A stretch of 64,000 nucleotides of DNA from Clostridia bacterium (GCA_900757025.1 CAAEMG010000007.1:7976-71975); one strand, 5' to 3'; positions 18,503 to 28,230 are shown, numbered from the stretch's first letter. A program made the numbers and translations. The notes: a model not told the origin generated them from the sequence alone.

Positions 18503-20497
18503 TTAAAAAATAAGGCTGCCTACATTATAAACCACAAATGCCGCTATCCATGCAATCACAATCTGGAATACAACAACCCCTACAGCCGCAAGGGAACTGT
18601 TCATTTCTCTTTTTACAGCCGAAATAGCTGCTGCACAAGGAGTATATAAAAGCGTAAACACAAGGAATGATGCAGCCTGAATAGGTGTAAACATTTCTTT
18701 AAGTGTTGCGGCTGAATTTCCACCTGTAAGAACAGCAAGTGTACTTACAACGGCTTCTTTTGCACTAAAGCCTGTTATGAGGGCTGTAGACGTTCTCCAG
18801 TCGTTAAAGCCGAGAGGCTTAAACAAAGGTGCTATTATTCTGCCTATATATGCCAAAAGGCTGTCGGCACTGTCGGTAACAACATTAAAACGTGTGTCAA
18901 ATGTTCTTAAAAACCATATAGCTATCGTTGCCACAAAAATTATAGTAAATGCTTTTACAAGGAAATCCTTTGCCTTGTCCCACATAAGCATGAAAACACT
19001 TTTTGCCGAAGGAAAACGATAGTTTGGAAGTTCCATAACAAAAGGAACCGGATTTCCTTTGAAAATTGTATTTTTAAATATAAGTCCGCTTAAAATTCCC
19101 ATACATATGCCTGTTATATAAAGTGCAATCATAACCAGAGGCTTATATTTTGCAAAAAACGCCGCTGTAAAAAGAGCATATATAGGAAGTTTTGCCGAAC
19201 AGCTCATAAACGGCACAAGAAGTATCGTCATTTTTCTGTCTCTTTCGCTGGAAAGAGTTCTTGCCGACATAATAGCAGGAACGGAACAGCCGAAACCTAT
19301 AATCATAGGCACAAAACTTCTTCCCGAAAGACCTATTTTTCTTAAAAGTTTGTCCATTACAAAGGCAACTCTTGCCATATATCCGCTGTCTTCCAATATA
19401 GAAAGGAAGAAAAAAAGCGTAACAATAACAGGAAGGAAACTTAAAACGCTTCCCACACCGGCAAAAATACCGTCTATTAAAAGAGAATGGACAACAGGGT
19501 TTATTCCGTATTCCGTAAGGGCATTATCTGCTGCCGCCGTAACAGCATCTATACATATTGAAAGCACATTGCTTAAAGCCGCACCTATAACGCCGAAAGT
19601 AAGATAAAACATAAGCAGCATTATAAGCAAAAATATAGGTATGGCAAAAAATTTATGGGTAAGAACGCTGTCTATTTTAAGGCTTCTTCTGTGTGCAACG
19701 CTTTCACCTTTTTTAATTACGCATTTTGCACACACGCCTTCTATAAAAGTATATCTCATATCGGCAAGAGCCGCTTCCCTGTCGGTATCAAGCTGTTCCT
19801 CCATCTCGGTTACGTTATGCTCTATCATGTCAAGCTCATTTTCCGTAAGATGAAGTCGTTTTCTCATAGGCTCATCGCCCTCTATAAGTTTTGTTGCGGC
19901 AAATCTCGGTGAAATGCCTTCTTTTACGGCATGGTCTTCTATAAGGTGGGCAATACCGTGTATTGCTCTGTGTACGGCTCCGGAACAAAAATCAAGCCTC
20001 TGTGGCTTAACTCTGTCTGCCGCTGTTTTTACAGCAACCTCTATAAGCTCGTCAACACCTTCGTTTTTGCTGGCAACAATGGGAACAACCGGCACGCCCA
20101 AAAGCTCCTGAAGTTCGTTTACATTTATTGTGCTGCCGTTTTCCCTAACCTCGTCCATCATATTCATGGCTATAACCATAGGGATATCAAGCTCTGTAAG
20201 CTGAAGGCTAAGATAAAGATTTCTCTCTATATTTGTTGCATCTATAATATTTATAATACAGTCTGGTTTTTGATTTATAAGAAAATCTCGTGTAACAATT
20301 TCCTCGCTTGTATACGGCGAAAGAGAATATATTCCCGGAAGGTCAACAACCGTACAGTTTCTTTGTCCTCTAATTTCGCCCTCTTTTTTGTCCACCGTAA
20401 CTCCCGGAAAGTTGCCTACATGCTGATTTGAACCTGTAAGACGGTTAAAAAGAGTTGTTTTTCCGCAGTTTTGGTTTCCGCCAAGTGCAAAAATCAT
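18503..20497 (-). CDS. feoB: Ferrous iron transporter FeoB
   Basis: N-terminal G-domain GNQNCGKTTLFN plus a polytopic membrane domain, 664 aa. Confidence 0.95.
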   Translation of the reverse strand: MIFALGGNQNCGKTTLFNRLTGSNQHVGNFPGVTVDKKEGEIRGQRNCTVVDLPGIYSLSPYTSEEIVTRDFLINQKPDCIINIIDATNIERNLYLSLQLTELDIPMVIAMNMMDEVRENGSTINVNELQELLGVPVVPIVASKNEGVDELIEVAVKTAADRVKPQRLDFCSGAVHRAIHGIAHLIEDHAVKEGISPRFAATKLIEGDEPMRKRLHLTENELDMIEHNVTEMEEQLDTDREAALADMRYTFIEGVCAKCVIKKGESVAHRRSLKIDSVLTHKFFAIPIFLLIMLLMFYLTFGVIGAALSNVLSICIDAVTAAADNALTEYGINPVVHSLLIDGIFAGVGSVLSFLPVIVTLFFFLSILEDSGYMARVAFVMDKLLRKIGLSGRSFVPMIIGFGCSVPAIMSARTLSSERDRKMTILLVPFMSCSAKLPIYALFTAAFFAKYKPLVMIALYITGICMGILSGLIFKNTIFKGNPVPFVMELPNYRFPSAKSVFMLMWDKAKDFLVKAFTIIFVATIAIWFLRTFDTRFNVVTDSADSLLAYIGRIIAPLFKPLGFNDWRTSTALITGFSAKEAVVSTLAVLTGGNSAATLKEMFTPIQAASFLVFTLLYTPCAAAISAVKREMNSSLAAVGVVVFQIVIAWIAAFVVYNVGSLIF

Positions 20498-20500
20498 TTT

Positions 20501-20725
20501 TTATACCTCCTCAACCTCTATATTTTGTGCCTCTTCAAGACGTATTGTAAGCTCGTAGCCCCTAAGATGAAGTTCTATAGGGTCGCCCATAGGTGCAACC
20601 TTTCTTATCATAACCTCTGTTTTGGGTGTAAGCCCCATATCCAGAAGCCTGCGGCGCAAAGCACCCTTTCCGTTTACTGCCGTAATTCGGCATTTTATAC
20701 CGATTTTTTGTTCATTTAATGTCAT
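20501..20725 (-). CDS. feoA: FeoA family protein
   Basis: 74 aa SH3-like FeoA pattern (..RRRLLDMGL.PG..V), immediately upstream of feoB. Confidence 0.9.
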   Translation of the reverse strand: MTLNEQKIGIKCRITAVNGKGALRRRLLDMGLTPKTEVMIRKVAPMGDPIELHLRGYELTIRLEEAQNIEVEEV

Positions 20726-20786
20726 AATATCAGCCTTTCCTGCGTTGTCTGTAATTGCAAAAAACTAACTAAGGTTTGTTGATGTA

Positions 20787-20815
20787 ATATTAATTCAGAG
20801 GTGTTATTTTGTCAA
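20787..20815 (-). promoter_or_regulatory. Putative sigma-A promoter of feoAB
   Basis: TTGACA (20815-20810), 17-nt spacer, TAATAT (20792-20787). Confidence 0.5.
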
Positions 20816-20843
20816 TATATATTTCCAAATGCAAAATAAATAG

Positions 20844-21030
20844 AAATTTTGGTTTGACGGATACATTTTATTTTAAAAAACTAAATTAATTTGTCATGTT
20901 GAACGGAGCGAATTTCGCTCAGAATGACAAATAGAAATAGTTTTATCAAAGTTTAGGGCAACCATTTTTAAATGGGTGTAAGTGTATTGGGGCAAAGCCA
21001 CCAAAGCCTTATCTGTTTTAAAAAACCTAA
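20844..21030 (+). repeat. Mosaic intergenic repeat, copy R5 (5' box, adjacent TIR hairpin, GGGGCAAAGCC tail)
   Basis: AAATTTTGGTTTGACGG...TTTTATTTTAAAAAACTAAA aligns with R6 over about 90 nt. TIR hairpin TTTGTCATGTTGAACGGAGCGAA/TTCGCTCAGAATGACAAA at 20887-20932. Confidence 0.7.
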
Positions 21031-21113
21031 TTTACTTTTCTTCCCCCAATATTTCCAATTTCGGCTTTATATTCTTTTCCCACTTTGTTATACTTATTTC
21101 ACGGAGGTGTATT

Positions 21114-22190
21114 ATGGAAGAAAACAACAATATTTCAACAGAAAATTCAGCGCCTAAAGAGCCTGAAAAAAACATAAACTATAACACAAACTACAATACC
21201 AATTATTACAAAAACGATAAAAAACACGGCTGTCTTTTTTACGGCATAATAGCCATCATTATCATATTTGTTGGCTTTATGGCTGTTATAATTGCATCGG
21301 CGGCACTTTTTTCATCTCTTGTTTCCGATAGCAGCTACAGCTCTTATCCCGACTCAAGCTATGTTGAAACTCTCTATATAGAAGGAACAATTTCCGAAAG
21401 CACTTCATATTCCTACGGAGAAACAGGATATAACCATACATGGACAATAAACGAAGTTGAGCGCCTTATTGACGACGAAAACAACAAAGGCATACTTCTT
21501 TATATCAATTCTCCCGGCGGAGGAACATATGAAAGTGACGAAATGTATCTTGAACTGAAAAAATACAAAGAAAAAACCGGCAGGCCAATATATGCCTACT
21601 ATGCTCAAACGGCAGCTTCCGGTGCTCTTTATATTTCTATGGCAGCAGACGAAATATATGCCAACCGAATGACCATGACAGGCTCTATAGGTGTTATAAT
21701 GCAAAACTATGATGCAAGCGGCCTTATGGAAAAGCTGGGAATAAAAAGCGACAATATTGTAAGCGGACGAAACAAAGGCATGGGCGGATATGACGGTCTT
21801 ACAGATGAGCAGAAACAGATATTGCAGTCTATGGTAAATGAAAGCTATGATATTTTTGTAGGCATAGTTTCAGATGAAAGAGGAATACCGCTTGAAAAAG
21901 CAAAAGAAATTGCCGACGGCAGAGTTTACAGCGCACATCAGGCAAAAAATCTCGGTCTTATAGATGAAATTTCAACATATGACGGCTTTATGGATACAAT
22001 GCAGAACAAAGAAGAATTTAAAGACTGTGATTTTACAGACGCATATTACGAAAATACTTCCATTTTGAATATGCTTATGTCAAAAATAGGAATACCTCAA
22101 AGAAAAAGCCTTGAACAGAACCTTCTTGAGGCTGTTGAATATGCAAACGAAAACCCTATGCAGTATAAATTCGGCGGAATAGGACAATAA
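21114..22190 (+). CDS. sppA: Signal peptide peptidase SppA (36K type)
   Basis: One TM segment followed by the S49 domain (..LYINSPGGG.., ..ASGALYIS..). Start set at ATG 21114 (MEENNN) after a GGAGG SD. Confidence 0.85.
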   Translation: MEENNNISTENSAPKEPEKNINYNTNYNTNYYKNDKKHGCLFYGIIAIIIIFVGFMAVIIASAALFSSLVSDSSYSSYPDSSYVETLYIEGTISESTSYSYGETGYNHTWTINEVERLIDDENNKGILLYINSPGGGTYESDEMYLELKKYKEKTGRPIYAYYAQTAASGALYISMAADEIYANRMTMTGSIGVIMQNYDASGLMEKLGIKSDNIVSGRNKGMGGYDGLTDEQKQILQSMVNESYDIFVGIVSDERGIPLEKAKEIADGRVYSAHQAKNLGLIDEISTYDGFMDTMQNKEEFKDCDFTDAYYENTSILNMLMSKIGIPQRKSLEQNLLEAVEYANENPMQYKFGGIGQ

Positions 22191-22213
22191 GCAATAAGTT
22201 TTAAATTTATAAA

Positions 22214-22244
22214 AGCTTGAGTTTTTTTACTCAAGCTTTTTTTT
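22214..22244 (+). terminator. Intrinsic terminator of sppA
   Basis: AGCTTGAGT-TTTTTT-ACTCAAGCT followed by TTTTTTTT. Confidence 0.85.
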
Positions 22245-22247
22245 AAT

Positions 22248-22590
22248 AAATTTTGATTTGACGACTGCCTTTTATTTTAAAAAACTAAAATATTTTGTCA
22301 TCCTGAGCGAAGTGAAATGAGTCAGAATTTTGCTACGCAAAACCACATTCGGTGGCAACACTTTTTTGCTGTTTTCTGTCGAAGCATCCCATAAACCCGG
22401 ACAAAAAGCCGAAAGTCTGTCATCTTTACATATTCGACAATGTGGACGAGATGTTTCGACTACGTATGCGAACCCTATTGGGCGGCGCAACCGTTCCACA
22501 AGGTGGATTTCGCAGCCCGACCCTCAACATGACAAATATCGGTGGCTTTTTGTAGGGAAAACTATCCCCAATCCCTAATTTTACAAACTT
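22248..22590 (+). repeat. Mosaic intergenic repeat, copy R6 (largest; TIR-bounded, GC-richer core)
   Basis: 5' box AAATTTTGATTTGACG. Left TIR ATATTTTGTCATCCTGAGCGAAG (22290-) and inverted partner CTCAACATGACAAATAT (22523-22539). All six frames are open but none looks coding. Confidence 0.7.
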
Positions 22591-22601
22591 TTCAATTACC
22601 C

Positions 22602-23585
22602 TTACCAACTGTATTTTTTCACATCTTCCATTTTTACAGCAGGATGCACAGCCGTATTTATTGCATTTGCAATAATATCTGCCAGCCTGTCTATAACCAT
22701 GTCAACCTCTTTCGGCGTTACAAACATATTTTCCTCATATGGCGTAAGAAGTTCACGTATAAGCTCATATTTTTCCTCGTTTTCAAGGGATAAAATCATT
22801 TCATAAAACTCACTGCCGCTTTCGCTTTGGTTTTTCATTTCAAAAAGAATTTTATCCATTGTATCGTTTACAAGTGTAGCCGCATCAACAACCGTAGGCA
22901 CTCCTATTACAATAACAGGTATGCCAAGTGTTTTTTCGCTCAGCTCTTCTCTTTTGTTTCCAACTCCTGCCCCCGGTGCAACACCGCAGTTGCTTATCTG
23001 CACTGTGGAATTTATTCTGGAAAACTTTCTTGCGGCAAGTGCATCTATAGCTACTATAATATCCGGCTTAATTTTTTCCGTAACGCCTTTTATTATTTCA
23101 AATGTTTCTATTCCCGTTATCCCCATAACCCCCGGTGCAAGAGCCGAAAGCATTCTTACTCCTTTCTCCAGTTCTTCCGGAATATCTTCCATAATATGTC
23201 TTGTAACCAAAAGACGGTCTATAACCTTAGGGCCAAGGGCATCGGGCGTTATATTTCTGTTTCCCAAACCTACGGCAAGTATTGATTTTGCATTTTTAAA
23301 ACTGTCTATTTCCATAAGCACCCGTGAAATTTCTTTTGTTACGGCTTCGTGGCAGGAAGCATCGTTTTTTCTCAGTTTTTCGCTTTCCACCGTAATATAT
23401 CTGCCTATTTTTCTGCCAAGCTTTTTTTCTCCTTCTTCGTTTAAAATATCAACTGTTACAGAAGAAAAAATATCGTTTTTTTCTTCACTGAATTTTATAC
23501 CGTCGCCAAATTCCTGTTTTTGTTCTCTCAGCATTTCACAATTTTCGGCTGCAATATCTGTTCTTACGGAAAAAATTTTTTTCAT
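22602..23585 (-). CDS. gpr: Germination protease GPR (spore endopeptidase)
   Basis: MKKIFSVRTDIAAE..., ..GRYITVES.., ..IVAIDALAARK.. are typical of GPR. Start ATG 23585 has a GAGGTG SD. Confidence 0.9.
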   Translation of the reverse strand: MKKIFSVRTDIAAENCEMLREQKQEFGDGIKFSEEKNDIFSSVTVDILNEEGEKKLGRKIGRYITVESEKLRKNDASCHEAVTKEISRVLMEIDSFKNAKSILAVGLGNRNITPDALGPKVIDRLLVTRHIMEDIPEELEKGVRMLSALAPGVMGITGIETFEIIKGVTEKIKPDIIVAIDALAARKFSRINSTVQISNCGVAPGAGVGNKREELSEKTLGIPVIVIGVPTVVDAATLVNDTMDKILFEMKNQSESGSEFYEMILSLENEEKYELIRELLTPYEENMFVTPKEVDMVIDRLADIIANAINTAVHPAVKMEDVKKYSW

Positions 23586-23717
23586 ATTTTTCACCTCATA
23601 ATAAACTAAAATGTCTGTCGCCAATTATCCGATATTTTTCCCGATTTTTAAATTTTTATTATTGTACCTGCACCAAGTAAGCATTTTTCTCATAAAATAT
23701 ACTCGTAAGCTTAAAAT

Positions 23718-24392
23718 ATGAGGTTTTTGCCCATGCTGATATTTCCCATGATTTTTATAATTACTTCCTCTGCCGCCTCATTTCCAAAGCCTCTTTCGCC
23801 AAAAGAGGAAAAAGAGCTTATAGAAAAAAAAGAAAACGGAGATACCGACGCCAAAAACCGTCTTATAGAACATAACCTTCGTCTTGCGGCACACATTGCC
23901 AAAAAATATTCTTCATCTTCTGCCGAATCGGAAGACCTTATATCAATAGGCACAATAGGCCTTATAAAAGCCGTAAATTCTTTTAATTCCCAAAAAAACA
24001 CACGCCTTGCCACATATGCCGCCAGATGTATAGAAAATGAAATTCTAATGTATCTGCGGTGGCAGAAACGCTTTTCGTCAGATTTGTATCTTCAAGACCC
24101 TCTTTCCTGCGACAAAGACGGAAACGAAATTTCACTTATAGATACCGTAACCGAAGAAAACACCTCTGTAAGCGAAAAAGCCGAACTTAATATATTTTCA
24201 GACATACTTCTTAAAGGAATAAACACTCTTCTTTCTCCAAGAGAAAAAGAAATTATAATACTCAGATACGGTTTGGGAAAAAACGACATATATACGCAAA
24301 GAGAAATCGCCAAAAAACTTCATATTTCACGTTCATACGTTTCAAGGATAGAAAAGAAAGCCTTATGCAAGCTGAAAGAATGTTTTGCATAA
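23718..24392 (+). CDS. sigK: Sporulation sigma factor, pro-sigma-K-like (uninterrupted)
   Basis: Hydrophobic pro-sequence, then FPKPLSPKEE...LIEHNLRLAAHIAKKY...ATYAARCIENEILM...DKDGNEISLID. This is closer to SigK than to SigE. Confidence 0.75.
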   Translation: MRFLPMLIFPMIFIITSSAASFPKPLSPKEEKELIEKKENGDTDAKNRLIEHNLRLAAHIAKKYSSSSAESEDLISIGTIGLIKAVNSFNSQKNTRLATYAARCIENEILMYLRWQKRFSSDLYLQDPLSCDKDGNEISLIDTVTEENTSVSEKAELNIFSDILLKGINTLLSPREKEIIILRYGLGKNDIYTQREIAKKLHISRSYVSRIEKKALCKLKECFA

Positions 24393-24471
24393 AAAAAGTC
24401 CCCTTATTTAAAAGGGGAGTACATATAAAAGTTATATTTTATTTTTTTGCCCTAAAACAGGACAAGCATAT

Positions 24472-24927
24472 TTATTTTTTTGGTTTTTTCTGTTTTCCTA
24501 TTTCAAACACAGAATATGGAAGAGAAAAAACAATAACAATGGCAACCGCTATAAGGCCGGCAAACTGAATAGCTTTTACCGCCTCTATAAAAGTGTCGTA
24601 AATATTAAGGTCAAGAACACCCTTCATTGTTTTATACATAAGAGCCCCCGGAACAAGGGGTATTACGCCAGGTATAAGAAAAACTATTGAAGGTGCCATA
24701 TGACGATAGGAATATATTCTGGAAAGCACAGCCACGGCAACAGAGCCTACAAAGACGCCCAAAAGCTCGTTCATTGACACAACATATACCCATGCGTAGA
24801 AAAACCATGCAAAACCACCGCATATTCCCCCTGCCAAAACTTCACGCCGGGGACAGTTAAAAAGTATTCCAAAGCCTGCCGATGCCACAAGGGCAAGCAC
24901 AAACTGTACAGCATAAGGATATATCAT
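24472..24927 (-). CDS. Threonine/serine exporter family protein (ThrE C-terminal-type, DUF3815)
   Basis: 151-aa polytopic protein. ATGA-coupled to the upstream DUF1212-type partner. Confidence 0.7.
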   Translation of the reverse strand: MIYPYAVQFVLALVASAGFGILFNCPRREVLAGGICGGFAWFFYAWVYVVSMNELLGVFVGSVAVAVLSRIYSYRHMAPSIVFLIPGVIPLVPGALMYKTMKGVLDLNIYDTFIEAVKAIQFAGLIAVAIVIVFSLPYSVFEIGKQKKPKK

Positions 24928-25700
24928 AATGCCGCACCTCCCATAAACATATTATAGGAAGTAAGGGCAATACCAACTCCGGCAGCAACAAAAACCGCAG
25001 TAAGGGCTGCATCTATAAGCATTGCTCCGCCGGATATATAATCTCCGTACATTATGTCTTTTGCCGCATTTGTAATTGCAAAGCCCGGAACAAGAGGCAT
25101 TATGGAACCCATAATCATAATTTCATAGTTATCTGAAATTCCGAAATAATTGTACAAAAGTATAGGATATGTAACCACGATACCTGCCATAAAGCATTTT
25201 ATAAAGCCCGCTGTTTTTATTTTATCTATAATAACCATAGCTACGCCAAGTATAAAGCCTGCAACGGCTGAAAGATAAGAGTCTTTTAAAGTTCCGTTAA
25301 AAAGGAGCGTAAAGCAAAAAGCTATAAGTGTATAAGCAACTATATTTACATGGGAGTCATATTCAGGCATTGCGGAAATTCTTCCTATCTCATCAAAAGC
25401 ATCTCTAAGGGATATTTTTCCGCTTACAAAGTTTCTTGAAAGCTGATTTGCCTCTGTAACTTTTTCAAGGTTTATAACTCTGCCTTCAACTCTTTTAACC
25501 TTTGTAACACTTCCGCTTAAAGGGCCTGTTATGCCTGCAAAAAGACCTGTGGGCGTAACAAATGTTTCCGGCATCAAATTATACTGTGTTGACTGTAAAA
25601 TAATTTCCATGGTTGTTTCAACCCTCTGTGTCTCGGCTCCGTTTTTAAGCATAAGTTCACCTAAGCTTATAGCAAAGTCGAGAAGAAGTTTTTCATCCAT
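24924..25700 (-). CDS. Threonine/serine exporter family protein (ThrE N-terminal-type, DUF1212)
   Basis: LLDFAISLGELMLKNGAETQRVETTM... is the DUF1212 N-terminal pattern. 258 aa. Confidence 0.7.
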   Translation of the reverse strand: MDEKLLLDFAISLGELMLKNGAETQRVETTMEIILQSTQYNLMPETFVTPTGLFAGITGPLSGSVTKVKRVEGRVINLEKVTEANQLSRNFVSGKISLRDAFDEIGRISAMPEYDSHVNIVAYTLIAFCFTLLFNGTLKDSYLSAVAGFILGVAMVIIDKIKTAGFIKCFMAGIVVTYPILLYNYFGISDNYEIMIMGSIMPLVPGFAITNAAKDIMYGDYISGGAMLIDAALTAVFVAAGVGIALTSYNMFMGGAAL

Positions 25701-25964
25701 TTGCAGGTGCCTCCTTAAAAATATTTCGTATGCTATATATTAGTATACAATAAATTAGTATGCTATATAAGCATATTATATTTTTTAAAAATGTAAAGGC
25801 ATTTTTAAAAAATATATTTAAAATTTCGAATAAATTTTTCATCTGTTTTTTATCATCAAAAAAACACCGAAAATTCCTTGTTTTTTTTGTATAAATCATG
25901 GTTTTAATAATAGTTTAAACCATATCATATTGTTTGTCGAGTAGTTGAAAAAATAATAAACCTA

Positions 25965-26115
25965 TTGTTTGTAAAATAGTTTTTTTGTCAAAAGCCGACC
26001 ACATTTTGTTATGCTGAGCAAACGCAGTAAGCTGAAACATCTTATCTATATTGTCGAATATGCGGCAAAACATTAAAGCTTTTATCAAAAAGAACTATCC
26101 CTAAGTTCAAAACTT
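25965..26115 (+). repeat. Mosaic intergenic repeat, copy R7
   Basis: CACATTTTGTTATGCTGAGCAAACGC box (26000-). ATTGTCGAATATG is the inverted form of CATATTCGACAAT in R6. ACTATCCCTAAG is shared with the R6 tail. Confidence 0.6.
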
Positions 26116-26142
26116 TTATTTTTTATTTGCATATAACTTTTT

Positions 26143-26171
26143 TTGCTTTTTTTATGTAAACAATATATAAT
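26143..26171 (+). promoter_or_regulatory. Putative sigma-A promoter of metG
   Basis: TTGCTT, 17-nt spacer, TATAAT (26166-26171). Confidence 0.55.
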
Positions 26172-26243
26172 AGGTAGCATGGTAATTATGCGTTTTTTAA
26201 GGCACAAATAAGCCTATTATTAAATAAAACGGAGGGAAAAGTT

Positions 26244-28217
26244 TTGGAAAAGAAAACATTTTATATAACAACACCTATATATTATCCAAGCGATAAACTT
26301 CATATAGGACATTCATACTGCACAGTTGCCGCAGATGCAATGGCAAGATACAAACGTCTCAGAGGCTATGACGTTATGTTCCTTACAGGAAGCGACGAAC
26401 ACGGACAGAAAATAGAAAGAATCGCAACAGCTCTCGGCGTTACACCGAAACAGTATGTAGACAAAATCGTTGCCGGCATTAAAGACCTTTGGAAAACTTA
26501 TGATATTTCTTATGATAAATTTATAAGAACAACAGACGAGGAACACGTAAACGCCGTTAAAAAAATATTTAAGGCTCTCTACGACAAAGGCGATATTTAT
26601 AAATCAGAATATGAAGGCTGGTACTGCACACCTTGCGAAAGCTTCTACACAGAAGTTCAGCTTGTAGACGGAAAATGCCCAGACTGCGGAAGAGAAGTTG
26701 AAAAAGTAAAAGAAGAAAGCTATTTCTTCAGACTTTCAAAATATCAGGACAGACTTATTAAATATATTGAAGAACATCCTGATTTTATACAGCCTCAGGC
26801 AAGAAAAACAGAAATGATTTCAAACTTCCTTAAACCGGGCCTTGATGACCTTTGCGTAAGCCGTACATCTTTCTCATGGGGCATACCTGTTGAATTTGAC
26901 CCGGGCCATATAGTATATGTTTGGCTTGATGCCCTTACAAACTATATTACGGCTTTAGGCTATGGCTCAGACAACGATGAAAAATTCAAAAAATACTGGC
27001 CTGCCGATGTTCATCTTGTAGGCAAGGAAATTGTACGTTTCCACACAATTATATGGCCTGCAATACTTATGGCTCTCGACCTTCCTCTTCCAAAAAAAGT
27101 ATTCGGTCATGGCTGGCTTGTAATTAACGGCGGAAAAATGAGCAAATCAAAGGGCAATGTTGTTGACCCTAAAATGCTTGTTGAAAGATATGGCCTTGAC
27201 GCAATAAGATACTTCCTTCTCAGAGAAATTGCTTTCGGTCAGGACGGAAACTTCAGCAACGAGGCACTTATTCAGAGAATTAACTTTGACCTTGCAAATG
27301 ACCTTGGAAACCTTGTTTCAAGAACTTGCGGCATGATTGAAAAATACTTTGGCGGAACACTTCCTGCCCAGCAGGAAGGCACAGAGTTTGACGAAGACCT
27401 TAAAGCAACAGTTGCCTCAACAATAGAAAAATTTGAAGCAAACATGGATAAAATGGTATTCAGCGATGCTTTAACCGAGCTTTGGACTCTTATAAGAAGA
27501 ACAAACAAATATATCGATGAAACTCAGCCTTGGGTTCTTATTAAAGAAGAAAGCAAAAAACCTGTTCTTGCAGGAGCACTCTATAACGTATGCGAAACTA
27601 TACGTATAATATCAATACTTCTTCAGCCATGCCTTACAAGAACACCAAAACGTATATGGCAGCAGATTGGCGTTGAAGAAGGTGCTTTAACCGAATGGGA
27701 AAGCATAAGAACATTCGGCCTTCTTCCAAAAGAGCTTACTGTTAAAAAAGGCGAGGCTCTTTTCCCAAGAATTGATATGAAAAAAGAACTTGAAGCTCTT
27801 GAAGAAGCAATAAAGGCTTCTCAGGCACAGAGCGTTGCAAATCAGCTTAAAAAGAAAGAAGAACAGAAAGAAGAAGCCGAAGAAGAATGGAGCGAAATAA
27901 CTATCGACGATTTCTGCAAGGTACACCTTGTAACAGGCGAAGTTATAGCCAGCGAAAAAGTTCCAAAAAGCAGCAAACTTCTTAAAAATACAGTTAAAGT
28001 TGGCGACGAAACAAGAATAATTCTTTCCGGAATAGCAAAGCATTATTCTCCGGAAGAAATGGTTGGCAAAAAGGTAGTTATAGTTGAAAACCTTGCACCA
28101 AGAAAAATGATGGGCGAAGTATCAAGAGGAATGATACTTTGTGCAGAAGATAAAGACGGCAATCTTTCACTTGTTACAGATGACAAGCAGTTTGAAAGCG
28201 GCAGCGACATAAGATAA
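26244..28217 (+). CDS. metG: Methionine--tRNA ligase with a C-terminal tRNA-binding domain
   Basis: TFYITTPIYYPSDKLHIGH (HIGH) and KMSKS at ..GGKMSKSKG.., 657 aa. TTG start lies 7 nt after GGAGGG. Confidence 0.95.
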   Translation: MEKKTFYITTPIYYPSDKLHIGHSYCTVAADAMARYKRLRGYDVMFLTGSDEHGQKIERIATALGVTPKQYVDKIVAGIKDLWKTYDISYDKFIRTTDEEHVNAVKKIFKALYDKGDIYKSEYEGWYCTPCESFYTEVQLVDGKCPDCGREVEKVKEESYFFRLSKYQDRLIKYIEEHPDFIQPQARKTEMISNFLKPGLDDLCVSRTSFSWGIPVEFDPGHIVYVWLDALTNYITALGYGSDNDEKFKKYWPADVHLVGKEIVRFHTIIWPAILMALDLPLPKKVFGHGWLVINGGKMSKSKGNVVDPKMLVERYGLDAIRYFLLREIAFGQDGNFSNEALIQRINFDLANDLGNLVSRTCGMIEKYFGGTLPAQQEGTEFDEDLKATVASTIEKFEANMDKMVFSDALTELWTLIRRTNKYIDETQPWVLIKEESKKPVLAGALYNVCETIRIISILLQPCLTRTPKRIWQQIGVEEGALTEWESIRTFGLLPKELTVKKGEALFPRIDMKKELEALEEAIKASQAQSVANQLKKKEEQKEEAEEEWSEITIDDFCKVHLVTGEVIASEKVPKSSKLLKNTVKVGDETRIILSGIAKHYSPEEMVGKKVVIVENLAPRKMMGEVSRGMILCAEDKDGNLSLVTDDKQFESGSDIR

Positions 28218-28230
28218 TTAAATACTTCAA

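Noticed and set aside
20726-20830. Fur box upstream of feoAB.
   Set aside because: No GATAATGATAATCATTATC-like 19-mer or 7-1-7 palindrome is visible. Only a plausible sigma-A promoter was seen.
22272-22608. Four overlapping 60-82 aa ORFs inside the sppA/gpr intergenic island, and the 78-aa ORF 13631..13867.
   Set aside because: They overlap each other on both strands, cover repeat boxes (for example ..SLRMTK.. is box b read backwards), lack SDs and have no recognisable family. They are better explained as open frames in GC-richer repeat DNA.
25693-25899. 68-aa ORF overlapping the start of the ThrE-like gene.
   Set aside because: It is AT-rich with low-complexity I/F/K/N composition, overlaps the promoter region of a supported gene and has no SD.
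26172-26243. T-box or other riboswitch in the metG leader.
   Set aside because: The leader is only about 70 nt. There is no T-box sequence (GGGTGGTACCGCG-like) and only a 4-bp hairpin.
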